Notes: generated by a model from the letters alone, not told the origin. Positions 50,744 to 62,075 are shown, counted from the stretch's first letter. The stretch is 64,000 nucleotides of DNA from Meyerozyma guilliermondii (GCA_051546255.1 CP128817.1:62001-126000); one strand, 5' to 3'. Translations and numbers: made by a program.

Positions 50744-52162
50744 CTATGGCTTGATATGTTCCACTTCTACGCCCGAGGCAGTAGCCTGGTCCACGGCTTG
50801 TTTAGCTTGCTCAGTAGCCTCCGCTTGTACTGTGGCTTGCTGAACCTGATCTTTCTTCAGCTGCAAATCCTCCACTTCCTTCTTCAATTTCTTGACTTCT
50901 TTTTCGAACCGTTTGCCGAAAACGTCGATGTAGTAAGTAGCACCATTGTACGACGCCATCACAAAGATAAACGCCATGAATGTTCCGCAGGCATGCTTGT
51001 ATTTGAACCAGATGGGCACCGGTGCCATGGTGAGAATTTGGTAAAAGTACTGGATCAAGGTAAAGGCGGTGACTTGCATCCAAGTGTATGGCAACGAGTT
51101 GACAAATCTACCAAGAATGGTGGAAGAATTCTTGTTTTTGAGATAAGTGAATGAGGTGACCTTACCCTTGGCGATTTTCTCTCGGCGTCTGATAGTGATG
51201 AAGTAATGGTATGAAACCTGCCATACCGTATAGTAGAAAGAAGTCCATAAAATGCCGTTAATAAAGTTCCAGTGGTCAATAGCAGCTGCGCCTGGAAATC
51301 TCAATGCTCTGTATTCAAAGGGCACTTCGTGAACAATAACGAATAAAGCAATAGGAGGCATTATATGGATGAACGAACTGGTGGTCTTTTCGATCAGGTG
51401 TAACACAAGAGAGTTTCTCCATGTGATGACAGCAAATGACAAGGTTCCCATTGCTAGCGAGAACACCGAGATGAAAAGGGTCATGGAGTTGGGGAACCAC
51501 CATATGAATGCCACCAATAAGAGGTTGACATAGTAGCACAAGTCTGCCAAATAGTACAGAAACGACATCTTAAAGTAGGTGTAGAAGCGGATAGGCATAA
51601 GCACACAGAAAAGTCCGGTGTAGAAAACGTGAAACCATTGTGGATACTTGCCAATGACGAACCCGGCGGCAGCAATGAGGAAAACCGCAAGGGCATAGAA
51701 GAGCTTTTCAGTAGCGGAAGATTGAAGATTTCGATGGACTCTCTGGTCAAATTTAGCCAACCGAGCATTCAACGTGTCCTGTAGTTTCAAGATATCGGCG
51801 TTGGTATCGATAATTCGTCTGTCGTCCTTGAATTTCTTGAAGGTTTTTTGGGTCTTCAACTTCATATCATTGAACCGTTTTTTGGTGGAATCTCCAAGCT
51901 CTAGACCACGCCCAAAGTCAAAATCGGGCAAGAAGGTGAGCCGAGACAAGTCTATGAACGGAACAGACGAGCTGGAGTCGGTTCTGCGTAAAGTATAGTA
52001 GTCAGCAGACGTGGAGGAGAGACTAATATCGTCGGGCAAATCGTCATCATCTGTGTAAGATGCAATGGAATTGTTTTTTGACGGATTCCTAGTTATGGTA
52101 GTTTCCTGGTTCTTCAAGTTCTCCTCCAGAAGCGGAGGTAGCTCAGATTCTGGTTCTCCCAT
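50744..52162 (-). CDS. GPC1: Glycerophosphocholine acyltransferase (DUF2838)
   Basis: YYLADLCYYVN, ITWRNSLVLH(S)IEKTTSSFIHIMPP, SYNGATYYIDVFGKRF. Confidence 0.85.
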   Translation of the reverse strand: MGEPESELPPLLEENLKNQETTITRNPSKNNSIASYTDDDDLPDDISLSSTSADYYTLRRTDSSSSVPFIDLSRLTFLPDFDFGRGLELGDSTKKRFNDMKLKTQKTFKKFKDDRRIIDTNADILKLQDTLNARLAKFDQRVHRNLQSSATEKLFYALAVFLIAAAGFVIGKYPQWFHVFYTGLFCVLMPIRFYTYFKMSFLYYLADLCYYVNLLLVAFIWWFPNSMTLFISVFSLAMGTLSFAVITWRNSLVLHLIEKTTSSFIHIMPPIALFVIVHEVPFEYRALRFPGAAAIDHWNFINGILWTSFYYTVWQVSYHYFITIRRREKIAKGKVTSFTYLKNKNSSTILGRFVNSLPYTWMQVTAFTLIQYFYQILTMAPVPIWFKYKHACGTFMAFIFVMASYNGATYYIDVFGKRFEKEVKKLKKEVEDLQLKKDQVQQATVQAEATEQAKQAVDQATASGVEVEHIKP

Positions 52163-52656
52163 TGCTAGAGAAGAAACAATTTGAATTTGTGCGATTCGCG
52201 CGTTGAGATAACGAATTGTGGAGCTGAGCAGAAAAGGTCAAAAAAGGCTATGGGGAGGTGGGATTAAGTGAGGGTGTAGAAGGGATGATGTGTGCTAGGA
52301 GAAATAATACCTTGTTTCGAATTGTTGATAGAAATGTTTTTGATAAGAATTAGGGACGAGCACGTGGCAGTGGTAATAATGTAATCTAATATAAGGTCAC
52401 ACCTCAAAACACAATGGTGAATTGTGACAATATAAATTGAATAGATCTTCCCAAATTCACTCTTACAACCACATTTGCTTATTCCACTGATTTGTCCATA
52501 GCATCGTTCCTGCATCAGGCACGGTCCGGTCGGAGAAGCCGCATGCAACAAACGACTATTTTCGCATTAACCTGACATAACTGACACAACCCAACTTTAT
52601 CAATAGTAAATTTCCTTGCAAGTTTTCTTCAAAAAACCCAGCTTTGAGTACTCACC

Positions 52657-54129
52657 ATGCCTTACTCAGCTGTAAACTATATCACCTTCAACTTTAGTGC
52701 CTTTGCTTGCATAGCTTTTGTTGTATTTCTATCATCTTCGCAACCATACTTTCTTGACCAGGTGATCAATTTGGACCCAGATCGAATAGGATCGGCCATA
52801 GGGACGTTGGGGGCGGCCGACGAGCTCACAGCTATCATTTCAGCACCTCTTGTTGGAGCTTTATGCGATAAAATTAATGTTTGGTCTTCAAGCCCATCGT
52901 CTCGGTTGCAACTAGGCGGAACAAAACTGGTGGTTCTGGTGAGTTTTTTCGTCATAGCTCTTGCTCTCGTTGGTTACGGTAAAGTGGCTCACCACCTTGT
53001 GCCCGATGTGATTTTTTTCCGGTGTATTTTTGCGGTTGGTGTCACCGCTGCTATGAGCATGGTTCCTGTAATGTTGAACGAGGTCACCAGTGCCGGGTTT
53101 CAGTTCAAACAACTCAAAGTGTGGAAAAACCGTTCCCCGGCATCGTCGCCGCTCCTTGATGCTCCGACGAACCACCGCAATGGAAAAAGCTCGGCGTTGG
53201 TTGGGGTTTTTACTGGCTTGGGTGCCATTTTCTCGGTGTCGTTTTTTTTAACAATGCCTGTCAAATTGTCGGAAAAGTTTAGTCTCACCATGGAAACTGC
53301 TATCAGGTACTCCTACTGTGCCATTGGAATCGTGGCTGCCGTGGTTGGCGTCACAGCATCGTTGTTCCTCTACAATTCCGCTACGTCTCCATCGCACCTG
53401 CCCGAACAGGTTCACTCCGAGGAAGTGGGTTACCTTCGTCTCCTCTACAACGGTCTCAAAGTATCCAGATATAACCGCCGTGTACGCTTGGCATACGTGG
53501 GATCGTTTGTGGCTCGCTCAACCACAGTGGCTACTTCGGTTTTCATCCCATTGGTGGTATACAACTACTACATCAAACAAGGCAATTGTGGATCTCGCAC
53601 CAACCTGTCCCATGACTTGCCGTCTAAACAGTCGTGTTACGATGCGTACATATTCTCGGCCATTCTCACTGGAGTAGCGCAAACCGTGGCTCTTGTATCG
53701 TCTCCTTTATGGGGCTTCATGATCGACCATGTCCGTGTGGGCCGCCATAAGACCTTGGGTGCGAGCTCATTATGTGGACTACTTGGTTGTATTGGCCTTT
53801 GCTTAGATGCCAGTCTGGTAGTACACTATTCGGAATCAGCCGTGTACGACCCAAGATCCACAACTTGCTTTTTGTTCGTCAGTTTAATTGGTCTTTCTCA
53901 GATCGGAACCATTATTGCAAGCATGAGTCTTGTCAGCAGTCTCTCGCGCGAGTTTGACAGACAATCTATGGGCAGTATTGGGGGACTCTACAGCTTGAGT
54001 GGTGGAGTAGGTATCCTAATAATTACTAAATTAGGAGGAGCTTGGAGCGATAGTTGGATCATGGGACCATTTTTCATATTGGGTGGGTTCAATGCCATAC
54101 TAATGGCGTGCTCCATGACACAGAATTGA
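52657..54129 (+). CDS. Uncharacterised multi-pass membrane protein, MFS-like
   Basis: About 11-12 hydrophobic segments in two halves; GALCDKI loop motif. Confidence 0.7.
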   Translation: MPYSAVNYITFNFSAFACIAFVVFLSSSQPYFLDQVINLDPDRIGSAIGTLGAADELTAIISAPLVGALCDKINVWSSSPSSRLQLGGTKLVVLVSFFVIALALVGYGKVAHHLVPDVIFFRCIFAVGVTAAMSMVPVMLNEVTSAGFQFKQLKVWKNRSPASSPLLDAPTNHRNGKSSALVGVFTGLGAIFSVSFFLTMPVKLSEKFSLTMETAIRYSYCAIGIVAAVVGVTASLFLYNSATSPSHLPEQVHSEEVGYLRLLYNGLKVSRYNRRVRLAYVGSFVARSTTVATSVFIPLVVYNYYIKQGNCGSRTNLSHDLPSKQSCYDAYIFSAILTGVAQTVALVSSPLWGFMIDHVRVGRHKTLGASSLCGLLGCIGLCLDASLVVHYSESAVYDPRSTTCFLFVSLIGLSQIGTIIASMSLVSSLSREFDRQSMGSIGGLYSLSGGVGILIITKLGGAWSDSWIMGPFFILGGFNAILMACSMTQN

Positions 54130-54303
54130 GTACAAAAGCAGCATGACAGACACGACAAGAAGCATTCCGACTAGTAAGTAGCCATTATAATTTATGATCC
54201 TGCATTTTTCTCTATATTTTTCATTTTCCTCTTTATTTTTAATCTGGTTCATCTGCTTCCCCAGAGTCGCGAAAACGAAAATTTCTTGTCGCCAACCATA
54301 GAC

Positions 54304-56505
54304 ATGATAGAGGCACTTTTGACAGTGCTTCCGTCGATATGTTGGATTCTATACCGGTGTTTCAAGCTCTTGCGACGCCCAGTAGAACAGCTAGTGGAAG
54401 ACCTTCACATGGAAATTCCTCATGCTCCCACAATATGTATCGATTCTGTGACAGAAACTTCGGTGGTGATCCATTGGGACATAGAAACAAGAAACAACGA
54501 GTATCTTTACTACGTGGTGCTCATTAACAACAAGGAGGCAGCCACGGTGGGCACCACCAGCTGCACGCTAGAAAATCTATTGGAGAAAAAATTGTACCAA
54601 TTGCAAATTCTCGCTGTTAACGCCAACAACAATTATCGCTCTCAGTCAGCTCCAGTGTACATCCAGACGCTAGGAAAGTCCCATCTGTTTCCCTTCGATG
54701 GTCAGGACAAACCCATACCGTTGGAAGTGGATGGAATCGTCAATGGCCTGTCTTTGGACATCACTCCCGACCAAGTGAAAAATATAGAATCCGATCAACT
54801 TCTCGGCCAATATTTAGCCAAATTCCAGTCGGAGGTGGTCAAGCTTTCTGCCGAGGTTAAAGAGTACGAGGAGCAGTGTGCGAAGGATATCAGTCTGTTG
54901 ACGGCGGAAATACATCAGTACAAAAAGGAGTACGAAAGTGAGGCCGATTCAAAGCACAAAAAAGATGTGTGTGTTAAGGATTTGGAGAAAAAGAAAGATC
55001 AGTTGGTGTATCAGAAGATGAAACTATGGAACCAGCTCAAAGGCTACAAGTCGTCAGAGACCATTTACAAATCCAAGCTCGAAGATTTGGCCACAAAATA
55101 CCGAAAACTCAAAGAGAGACAGGCCCAAATTGTACATAGTGAGGCCAGCGAAAGAGCCAAAATTGAAGCACAAATTGCTGAAGAAAGAGAGAAAATTCTG
55201 GATATCAAGCAGCAGATATCGGCGGCATCAGAAGGCATCAAAAATCTTACTCATGAAAAACGGGAAATCATGCAAACATCGAAAAAGGTGAGCGAGCTCG
55301 TGCTCACGTTCATGGACTCAGATACGGTCGTCAACAAAGATGGTACACTCAATGGACACACCCTAGATGCGCTCGTGAAGATTTTCGAAGTGAAACCAGA
55401 CTGGCAAGCCGAGGTAATGACTGAGCTTCTGGCACTTCAAGGTGCTGAATTGGAATGGAAAGCGACGTTTAAGGCAGCCATCAAGAAGTATGTGGCGCTA
55501 TACAACAGTTTGGAGATTGCCAAAGCGAACAAACATCCGGATTATGTGCCCAATCGACTCACTGAATTCCAAGCAAGTATCGAATTTGGAGGCTTCAGTA
55601 ATGCTCTTCCCAAACCACAAAGAGGCCGTCGAACCACCTCTGGAGGTAGCCATACGAAAGTGTCTCCATCCCCGGAACCTGAGTATGCTGTCGATGCTAG
55701 TGGTATCCGAAACATGTACGCAAGACAAACAAACGACTCAGATCTGGAGCCTTTGAGAGACGAGTTTATGCAACCGTACATGTACCGCAACGGAACACCG
55801 CCAATTGAAATGCTCGAAGTACCGCTTCAGTCAGAATCAGTCCAGTCTATCGAAAACCGGCTTGACAATCGTCTTGAAAATCGTCAGCCTGCTGTTCGGC
55901 CTGCTGTTCAGCTTGATCGTCTTGATCGTCTCGAAAATCTTCCACTTGACATGTTCAGTCCCGAGCCCATGCAACCGTTGCTCAATCCCGAACAGTCTTT
56001 CTACAACTTTCCCCAACCACCAATCGTGCACTCGGCAATCCAACCATCGTTGTCGCCGGTTCCACTGGTTCCACTGGTTCCACCAATGCTGCATTTGCAA
56101 CGAGGAATTGCACCCACGCCAATGTGGAACGATAGCAGCAATTTGGCGCCTCATTTGTCCAACAACAGTACTTCCAGTTTGAACACAGACATGCCGGGAT
56201 CGAGGTTTGGATTTGCACGGAACCTCAGTCCCTACAATGCCAATGCTATGCAAACTTCAATTTCTACAGGTCCTGCTACTTCAATGGATACAAATGCTTT
56301 TGCACAGCAGCGCACAAACCCATTGCTCTCCCAGCCTTTTGAAATGAGTTCTACTCTATGGAATAATGATAGGATGTATGCTCACTCACGAGATGGAAGT
56401 ACCAATAATTCGCAAATATGGCGCCACGAACCAGCAACTTTATCTAAGGAGTTTCTGCCCTTCCCGGGTAGAAGAAACAGCGACGGAGAAAACTGGACTA
56501 GCTAG
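54304..56505 (+). CDS. N-terminal TM + fibronectin type III + coiled-coil protein (possibly Gta1/YEL043W-like)
   Basis: Hydrophobic N-terminus, FN3-like SVVIHWD...YYVVLIN...LENL...YQLQILAVN, long coiled coil, disordered tail; neighbour of GLY1. Confidence 0.65.
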   Translation: MIEALLTVLPSICWILYRCFKLLRRPVEQLVEDLHMEIPHAPTICIDSVTETSVVIHWDIETRNNEYLYYVVLINNKEAATVGTTSCTLENLLEKKLYQLQILAVNANNNYRSQSAPVYIQTLGKSHLFPFDGQDKPIPLEVDGIVNGLSLDITPDQVKNIESDQLLGQYLAKFQSEVVKLSAEVKEYEEQCAKDISLLTAEIHQYKKEYESEADSKHKKDVCVKDLEKKKDQLVYQKMKLWNQLKGYKSSETIYKSKLEDLATKYRKLKERQAQIVHSEASERAKIEAQIAEEREKILDIKQQISAASEGIKNLTHEKREIMQTSKKVSELVLTFMDSDTVVNKDGTLNGHTLDALVKIFEVKPDWQAEVMTELLALQGAELEWKATFKAAIKKYVALYNSLEIAKANKHPDYVPNRLTEFQASIEFGGFSNALPKPQRGRRTTSGGSHTKVSPSPEPEYAVDASGIRNMYARQTNDSDLEPLRDEFMQPYMYRNGTPPIEMLEVPLQSESVQSIENRLDNRLENRQPAVRPAVQLDRLDRLENLPLDMFSPEPMQPLLNPEQSFYNFPQPPIVHSAIQPSLSPVPLVPLVPPMLHLQRGIAPTPMWNDSSNLAPHLSNNSTSSLNTDMPGSRFGFARNLSPYNANAMQTSISTGPATSMDTNAFAQQRTNPLLSQPFEMSSTLWNNDRMYAHSRDGSTNNSQIWRHEPATLSKEFLPFPGRRNSDGENWTS

Positions 56506-56943
56506 AATATATAATTTTGACTCTGTCTCGCCCAAACCTGCCATATACCATTTCCCCACACCCACCACTTAATCGGTTATTCACGGCCCTTGCCCTGCAC
56601 GTAACCCTGTCACCGCGAGCAATTTGTGCCCAACGAGACCCTCGTGCGACGCCAACGGTGTGGCTTCGGTACGAATGTGCGGGTGCACGGGTGCTCCGCT
56701 TCCGAGACTGAGAGATGTGTGCGGCATTTGACTCGCAGGTTGCGGCAAACGGTAGCGATGAGCCGCGACATTTCTTTTGTCATGCTGTAAATTAAATAGT
56801 CATAACTTTCTTGCTGTTTTGGTACTTCTGATACGTTTTGCTTTTACAGATTTCGTCCGGATTGTCTGGACTTTATTTTAATCAACCCTGAACAACTATA
56901 TAAACCTTTGAGGCTTCGGAGTTGCAAATAGTCTCATTCCGTC

Positions 56944-58071
56944 ATGACCATTGAAAACGAAGAAACCATCTTTCCCACCCATAATGAATTTCGCTCAGAT
57001 ACGTTCACCGTGCCCACACGGAGCATGATGGAGGCAGCTTGGAACAACGCTACGTTTGGAGACTCTGTTTATAAGGAAGATGCCATCACTCTTCAACTCG
57101 AACAAAAAATGTGCGACCTTACTGGGAAAGAAGCTGCTCTTTTTTGTGTCAGTGGAACCCTTTCCAACCAGATTGGTCTCCGAGCCAACTTGGTGCAACC
57201 TCCCTACTCAATCCTCTGTGATTATCGTGCCCATGTATTCATTCACGAAGCTGGTGGATTAGCCACCTTGTCGCAGGCTATGGTGCACCCGGTTCATCCC
57301 GCAAATGGAAATTACTTGACGCTTGAAGATATCGAAGAACACTGGACTGCGGACGATGGAGATATCCATAGCGCACCCACTAAAGTCATCTCGTTGGAAA
57401 ACACTCTCCACGGAATAATTACGCCAATTGAAGAAATCAGACGAATTAGTCAGTTTGCCAAAAAAAATAATCTCAAACTTCATCTCGATGGTGCTCGCTT
57501 ATGGAATGCCAGTGCTGCTACCGGTGTCTCCATTAAGGAGTACTGCTCGTACTTTGATTCAGTTTCATTGTGCTTGTCAAAATCTCTCGGTGCTCCAATG
57601 GGGTCCATTTTGGTTGGTACCAAAAAATTCATTGAAAAAAGTAATCACTTCAAAAAACAAAACGGTGGTGGTATAAGGCAAGCCGGTATCATGTCCAGCA
57701 TGGCCATAACGGCTATTGACGAAAACTTTTCCAAACTCAAGCGTTCGCATGCATTAGCCAAACAAGTGGGCGACTTTTGCGTCGAAAATGGAATCAAACT
57801 CGAATCTCCCGTCGATACCAACTTTGTTTTCATCGACTTGAAGGCTAACCGTATGGATGATGGGCTTCTAGTAAGCAAGGGTGTTGAGCATGGATTAAAG
57901 TTGATGGGTGGTCGTATTGCATTCCACTATCAATTGAGCCAAGAAAGCGTTGACAAAGTCAAACAGGTGATTTTGGAATGCTACCATGCAGCCCTTAAGA
58001 ACCCCGCAAAACATGCCAAGAACAGAATGTACAACTACGATATGATGAGTGCTGCTGTCGGCAGCGTATAA
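56944..58071 (+). CDS. GLY1: Low-specificity L-threonine aldolase
   Basis: EFRSDTFTVPT, HEAGG, LENT, HLDGARLWNA, PLP-lysine LSKSLGAP. Confidence 0.94.
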   Translation: MTIENEETIFPTHNEFRSDTFTVPTRSMMEAAWNNATFGDSVYKEDAITLQLEQKMCDLTGKEAALFCVSGTLSNQIGLRANLVQPPYSILCDYRAHVFIHEAGGLATLSQAMVHPVHPANGNYLTLEDIEEHWTADDGDIHSAPTKVISLENTLHGIITPIEEIRRISQFAKKNNLKLHLDGARLWNASAATGVSIKEYCSYFDSVSLCLSKSLGAPMGSILVGTKKFIEKSNHFKKQNGGGIRQAGIMSSMAITAIDENFSKLKRSHALAKQVGDFCVENGIKLESPVDTNFVFIDLKANRMDDGLLVSKGVEHGLKLMGGRIAFHYQLSQESVDKVKQVILECYHAALKNPAKHAKNRMYNYDMMSAAVGSV

Positions 58072-58535
58072 CAATATAGCATTAACACAATAGAAATAGT
58101 TACAATAGAAATTTTCATAATAAAAACAACATCAGTAAACAACGCCAAAGTCCGAATCAACACTGTTCCCAAATACAGCTTTACACTATAAAAGTTTACG
58201 CAACTGGTCGCCCAAAAGAAACATTTGCACCCAAAATAGTCCGCAAATCCGTGGCACAACATCCGAGCCGCATCCCGGAACCATCCGCGCACTGCACATA
58301 AGCACGGATACATGCGAGCTTGAGCGTCTTTTGCATCCGAATCGGCGTCGGACACAGCCAATACTAGCGCGCTCACGTGACCTGCACCGAATATCCGGCG
58401 GTTACCTTTCCCAAAAAAGCAACTGTCAGCCGCGTCGATCGTGATCGATGCAGCAAGCCGGAACCCGGCTGCAACCATGACACCATATATAAGGGGCATG
58501 ATTGCTGCAACTTTTGACATCATAAAAAAATAATC

Positions 58536-60287
58536 ATGAGTAGCTCAGATGAAGCATCTATTGCATCAGAGGATATTCCTCAAGCATATAATCAACCAGA
58601 GAATCCTGTAGCTCTTACAAAAACAGAAACTGCAGCAACTTTACATCAATTAGGACTTTCTCAAGTACCGTCTGTGTCTGGTCCGGATTTGACCAATCCA
58701 CCAGTAGAAGATCCCATTTTCCCAGAAGAGTATACTCTCGAAACTGACACCGGACTTGTCCCCGTAAGAACTTTACAATCGATTGGAAGAGTCAAGTCTC
58801 GGATTCTGGAAGAGGCTTCTCGTCAAAGTACTAGGCAAAGTTTTCTCGCGGAAAAGAATAATGAAGAAGGTGAAAAGGATATTGACCCAGATATTGAATT
58901 TGTGACCTTTGTCAAGGGTGATCCCGAAAATCCTCATAATTGGAACGAAACTTTGAAATGGTTCTACACATTTTTGTTCTCCATTTTCGTCATTAGTGCT
59001 GCCTATGGCTCCTCCTCATTGGCCGGCGGACTTCCATTGATCAACGAAAAATTTGGAGTATCTACAGAAGTCTCCACATTATCTGTGTCGTTGATGGTTC
59101 TTGGATTCTCTGTAGGTCCCTTGATTTGGGCACCATTGTCTGAACAAATTGGAAGACGTCCCGTCTACATCATCTCGTACGGTTTGTACGTCATTTTCAA
59201 CATTCCTTGTGCCGTCGCAAAAAATATTGGTACTGTCTTGGTGTGTCGTTTCCTTTGTGGAGTTTTCTCGTCTTCTGCCTTAACCAATGTTGGTGCCAGT
59301 TTGGTGGATCTTCATAGGGAATCCAGAGGGTTAGCCATTGCCTTTTTCAGTTTCAGTCCTTACTCTGGACCTGTCTTTGGAGGTATTGTTAATGGATTCA
59401 TCAGTGTCGGTTCTGGAAGGTACGACCTTATGGTTTGGGTCAATATGGCGTTCGCAGGAGTGATGTGGATCGTTATTGGTTTGATTCCCGAAACTTACTC
59501 GCCAGTCATTTTGAAAAATAGGGCAAAGAGACTTAGAAAAGAAACAGGAAACAACAAAATCATGACTGAACAAGAAGCCACTCCATTATCTTTCAAAGAA
59601 ATGCTCAACAACAATTTGTATCGTCCACTTAAATTTGTGATTCAAGAACCTGTTCTTGATCTTGTTTGTGGTTTCGTTGCCCTCATCTATTCGTTGTTGT
59701 ATGCATTTTTCTTTGCATATCCGGTAATCTTCATGGACTTGTATGGTTACAAAGATAACTTGATCGGATTGATGTACGTTCCAATTTTAATCGGTGCGTT
59801 GTTGGCTCTTGTTACCACTCCAATATTGGAAAAGAGATATCAAGCACTCTGCAAAAGACGTACTCCAGTCCCAGAAGATAGACTTGTTGGTGCTATGGTT
59901 GGTGCCCCATTCCCTTGTATTGCATTGTTCATTTTGGGTGCTACCTCGTATAAGCACATTATTTGGGTTGGTCCGGCCTCCAGTGGTATTGCTTTTGGAT
60001 ATGGTATGGTGTTGATTTACTATTCGTTGAACAACTATATCATTGACACTTACGCCAAGTATGCTGCCAGTGCCTTGGCTACCAAAGTTTTCTTAAGATC
60101 AGCTGGTGGTGCTGCTTTCCCACTTTTCGTCACCCAAATGTACCATGGCCTTGGTCTCCAATGGGCCAGTTGGTTGCTTGCATTTGTTTCCTTGGCAATG
60201 GTTCTCATTCCATTCAGTTTCTACCGTTTTGGTGGGGCTGTGAGAGCCAAGCTTTGTAAGGAAGATTATACCATTCACTACGACTAA
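58536..60287 (+). CDS. TPO3: MFS DHA1 polyamine/drug:H+ antiporter, Tpo2/Tpo3-like
   Basis: EEYTLETDTGLVP, DPENPHNW, WAPLSEQIGRR, PETYSPVIL, PEDRL, YAASALA. Confidence 0.82.
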   Translation: MSSSDEASIASEDIPQAYNQPENPVALTKTETAATLHQLGLSQVPSVSGPDLTNPPVEDPIFPEEYTLETDTGLVPVRTLQSIGRVKSRILEEASRQSTRQSFLAEKNNEEGEKDIDPDIEFVTFVKGDPENPHNWNETLKWFYTFLFSIFVISAAYGSSSLAGGLPLINEKFGVSTEVSTLSVSLMVLGFSVGPLIWAPLSEQIGRRPVYIISYGLYVIFNIPCAVAKNIGTVLVCRFLCGVFSSSALTNVGASLVDLHRESRGLAIAFFSFSPYSGPVFGGIVNGFISVGSGRYDLMVWVNMAFAGVMWIVIGLIPETYSPVILKNRAKRLRKETGNNKIMTEQEATPLSFKEMLNNNLYRPLKFVIQEPVLDLVCGFVALIYSLLYAFFFAYPVIFMDLYGYKDNLIGLMYVPILIGALLALVTTPILEKRYQALCKRRTPVPEDRLVGAMVGAPFPCIALFILGATSYKHIIWVGPASSGIAFGYGMVLIYYSLNNYIIDTYAKYAASALATKVFLRSAGGAAFPLFVTQMYHGLGLQWASWLLAFVSLAMVLIPFSFYRFGGAVRAKLCKEDYTIHYD

Positions 60288-60318
60288 CGGTCAGATTTAA
60301 TAGAGTTGCATAATATAT

Positions 60319-61935
60319 TTAATACGAATTCGCATGTAGGTCGCCTTTCAAACGCACTTCAGATTGTGCTGAGGGAGAATGCTTGGTATCCTTGATTAAC
60401 TCGGTGACTTTTTTCAAATCGACATTGGTGATTTTTTGCATAAAGGCGCCAATCTCGATGTTTTCGTGGTTTCCAAGAAGTCCACTGTACGGTTGCGACT
60501 GCAATAACTGGCGTCTAATTCTCTCAGAGTTGGTGTGGGCATAAATGTTGACATCCACGGCAGAGTGGCCATGCGTCGTCCAGCCAGTTTGCGATCTGAG
60601 GGAAATCATATTGTTGAGAACATACAACAAGTTTGCTGGATTATTGGCCGATTGTTTTATCAACGAAACCTCCTCGTTGGTGTAGTCGTAAATTCCCATG
60701 TCACCTTCTAACACTTCTTTGATGAGAAACGACTCGAACGAATGAGCATCTTTGAAGTTGGTAATCTTATTCGCCAAGTACTCTCCGGAATGAGTGCAGT
60801 TCAACAAAACTCCAGGATACCACAAGTAGTCTGGATACGTGGGAGACACCTGTCTTGCAGTCACAAGGCCACCGGTCTCATGATCTGAGGTGGAAATGGC
60901 AATAGTTTCCGTATCAGAATTGTCGATGAATTTGATAACCTCTGCGAATGCCTCGTCGTAAGCCAAAACCTCACGCACCTGAGCAGCTGGATCATTCATA
61001 TGTCCAGCATGGTCGATCAAAGATCCTTCTATCATCAAGAAAAATCCCTTGTCTGAATTTTCAGTGGCTTTGGATAATGCGGTCAATGCGGTCTTCACTT
61101 GCTCAGCAAGCGATGGGTGTTCTTTGGAATCACGATCGATATCAAAAGGAATATCACGAGGAGCCAACAACGCCAACAAAGGAAGAGACACATTGTTTCC
61201 ACCGTCCAATTGGTCAAACTCCTTTCTATTTCCCACATAGTTCCACGAACCATTTTTTTGCACCTCTTCAATCAAGTTGCGGGAGTCGGTTCTGCATCCA
61301 TCCTCTTCTGAGGTAGGCAAATAATGACATCTTCCACCGCCAATCATCAAGTCAAGAGTCCTTCCCAATGGATATTCTCCCAACTGCTGCTCGGCAATCA
61401 AATCCTCCTGGAACCTGTAGTCGACATGAGTACTGAAAGCGGCAGGAGTAGCATCGGTGATGAGAGTGGTCACCACAAGACCGGTGAGATACCCTTCAAG
61501 TTTCAAAGCTTCCAAGATTGTACCGCACGGATTCTTCGAGGGATCCACTCCAATGGCTCCATTGTAAGATTTGAGTCCACAAGAAAAAGCGGTAGCTCCA
61601 GCGGCCGAGTCCGTCACCAAAGACGAACTGGACCGAGTTCTCGACGAACCAATCAAGTATTTATCAAGCAACAACGTATCGTCAATGGGCAACTTGTCTC
61701 TGTACTGTCTAAATGAGCGAGTGAGCGAAAGGGAAGCCGGTCCCATGCCATCGGTGACCATCATTATGACGTTAGTTTTCGATTTGGGACTCGCAACGAT
61801 GGTTGGGGAAATCAATCTAGTTCCAGAAATGATAGTCAAAACTCCTAGCACTACAAGTAGAAGCACTTCCATTGTGCGCCTGGCAGGCAGCTTGCGTGGA
61901 TGTCCACGGCCAGTGGAAAGGGGTAATTTCTCCAT
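60319..61935 (-). CDS. PHO8: Vacuolar alkaline phosphatase
   Basis: Type II TM anchor, TDGMG, VTDSAAGATA (phospho-Ser), DATPA, IDHAGH, SDHETGG, TTHGHSAVDV. Confidence 0.94.
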   Translation of the reverse strand: MEKLPLSTGRGHPRKLPARRTMEVLLLVVLGVLTIISGTRLISPTIVASPKSKTNVIMMVTDGMGPASLSLTRSFRQYRDKLPIDDTLLLDKYLIGSSRTRSSSSLVTDSAAGATAFSCGLKSYNGAIGVDPSKNPCGTILEALKLEGYLTGLVVTTLITDATPAAFSTHVDYRFQEDLIAEQQLGEYPLGRTLDLMIGGGRCHYLPTSEEDGCRTDSRNLIEEVQKNGSWNYVGNRKEFDQLDGGNNVSLPLLALLAPRDIPFDIDRDSKEHPSLAEQVKTALTALSKATENSDKGFFLMIEGSLIDHAGHMNDPAAQVREVLAYDEAFAEVIKFIDNSDTETIAISTSDHETGGLVTARQVSPTYPDYLWYPGVLLNCTHSGEYLANKITNFKDAHSFESFLIKEVLEGDMGIYDYTNEEVSLIKQSANNPANLLYVLNNMISLRSQTGWTTHGHSAVDVNIYAHTNSERIRRQLLQSQPYSGLLGNHENIEIGAFMQKITNVDLKKVTELIKDTKHSPSAQSEVRLKGDLHANSY

Positions 61936-62075
61936 ACTGACACTAATTGTAAAACCGAACCACGTTCAAAGCGCAGTGAAATGGACGACCGATAAGACAC
62001 ATGCAGGATCGTATACTGGACCAACTAGAACCATTGTGTCGTGGTGTACTCAGGAACTTTGTATGTAAGCTTGGT

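Noticed and set aside
58035..58523. 162-aa minus-strand ORF between GLY1 and TPO3
   Set aside because: Overlaps the TPO3 promoter (TCACGTGA at 58373, TATA near 58486) and the GLY1 3' end; no recognisable motif.
60990..61480. Arg-to-Leu changes in Pho8 (TTLITDATPA, EGSLIDH)
   Set aside because: Metal ligands and the catalytic Ser are intact, and these positions vary among alkaline phosphatases.
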